A stretch of DNA of 35,214 nt from a virus (Duplodnaviria > Caudoviricetes): the IMG/VR virus record IMGVR_UViG_3300020045_002489, positions 1 to 35,214 of that record; one strand, 5' to 3'. Within the stretch, counting starts at the first letter, position 1. The number at the start of each line of letters is the position of its first letter. Below the pieces are notes generated by a model. The model had not been told where the DNA came from. It ran no database searches and saw nothing but the letters and a program-made list of their open reading frames with translations. The position numbers were made by a program, and so were the translations under genes. Shown in pieces: positions 34,973 through 35,214 of the stretch.

Positions 34973-35212
34973 TTAATCTCCGATCTTATCGAAGTCAATT
35001 AGCTTAACGGTGATCTCGACCATGTTACCTGGGTAAAACCGGCGACGAACAATCAAGTGCGAGTAGCGAAAGATACCCACGCTTGCTTGCTGCCGGGTTT
35101 CCCGGTACTTACATTGCTTGAGCGAAGTAATGAATCGCTTAGCATCGCGGCGAGGAATTAAAATAGGCGGTAGGTTCTGCCGTCGCTTAAGTAGTTCCCA
35201 TAATTCCAGCGG
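34973..35212 (-). CDS. Partial hypothetical basic protein (start lies beyond the window)
   Basis: Hand-translated open frame PLELWELLKRRQ...VKLIDFDKIGD, ending at the TAA at 34973-34975. Confidence 0.6.
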   Translation of the reverse strand, partial: PLELWELLKRRQNLPPILIPRRDAKRFITSLKQCKYRETRQQASVGIFRYSHLIVRRRFYPGNMVEITVKLIDFDKIGD

Positions 35213-35214
35213 AG

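Larger units (their letters stand above)
484..35214. mobile_element. Podovirus-like tailed phage genome (partial), probably lytic, Gram-negative host
   Basis: Packaging, head, short-tail and ejection modules with no tape measure or sheath gene, plus a PolA replication module. No integrase in the window. Confidence 0.9.

Noticed and set aside
586-35214. Stop-codon reassignment (TAG) suggested by abundant TAG trinucleotides
   Set aside because: Genes are full length under the standard code, and TAG ends at least two ORFs (7984-7986 and 24877-24879 on the minus strand). The other TAGs are out of frame.

Overview
About 34.7 kb of a podovirus-type dsDNA phage genome, with two convergent gene blocks meeting at a bidirectional terminator near 24.83 kb. 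The + strand block (586-24805) holds small and large terminase, portal, scaffold, HK97-fold major capsid protein and head-tail adaptor. It continues with two fibre/spike genes sharing an N-terminal anchor and flanking an SGNH esterase, then holin-like genes, a GH24 endolysin, a nozzle and three probable ejection proteins. The - strand block (24877-end) holds small hypotheticals, a MazG-like pyrophosphohydrolase, an AAA+ (DUF3987/MCM-like) helicase, a family A DNA polymerase, an SSB-like protein, a DUF6378-like protein, a Sak4-like ATPase and a Cas4-like exonuclease. I recognised no integrase, repressor, RNA polymerase, primase, spanin, tRNA or CRISPR array in the window. The first ~480 bp look compositionally foreign. 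The most notable signals are an apparently primase-less replication module with an atypical PolA (His at the 762 position, degenerate UDG-like N-domain), a ColE1 primosome-site-like motif upstream of terS, a lectin/esterase/glycosidase receptor-binding cluster, a high-GC patch fused in frame into two genes, and frequent CTAG. All product calls rest on motif recognition and gene order by eye; no searches were run.
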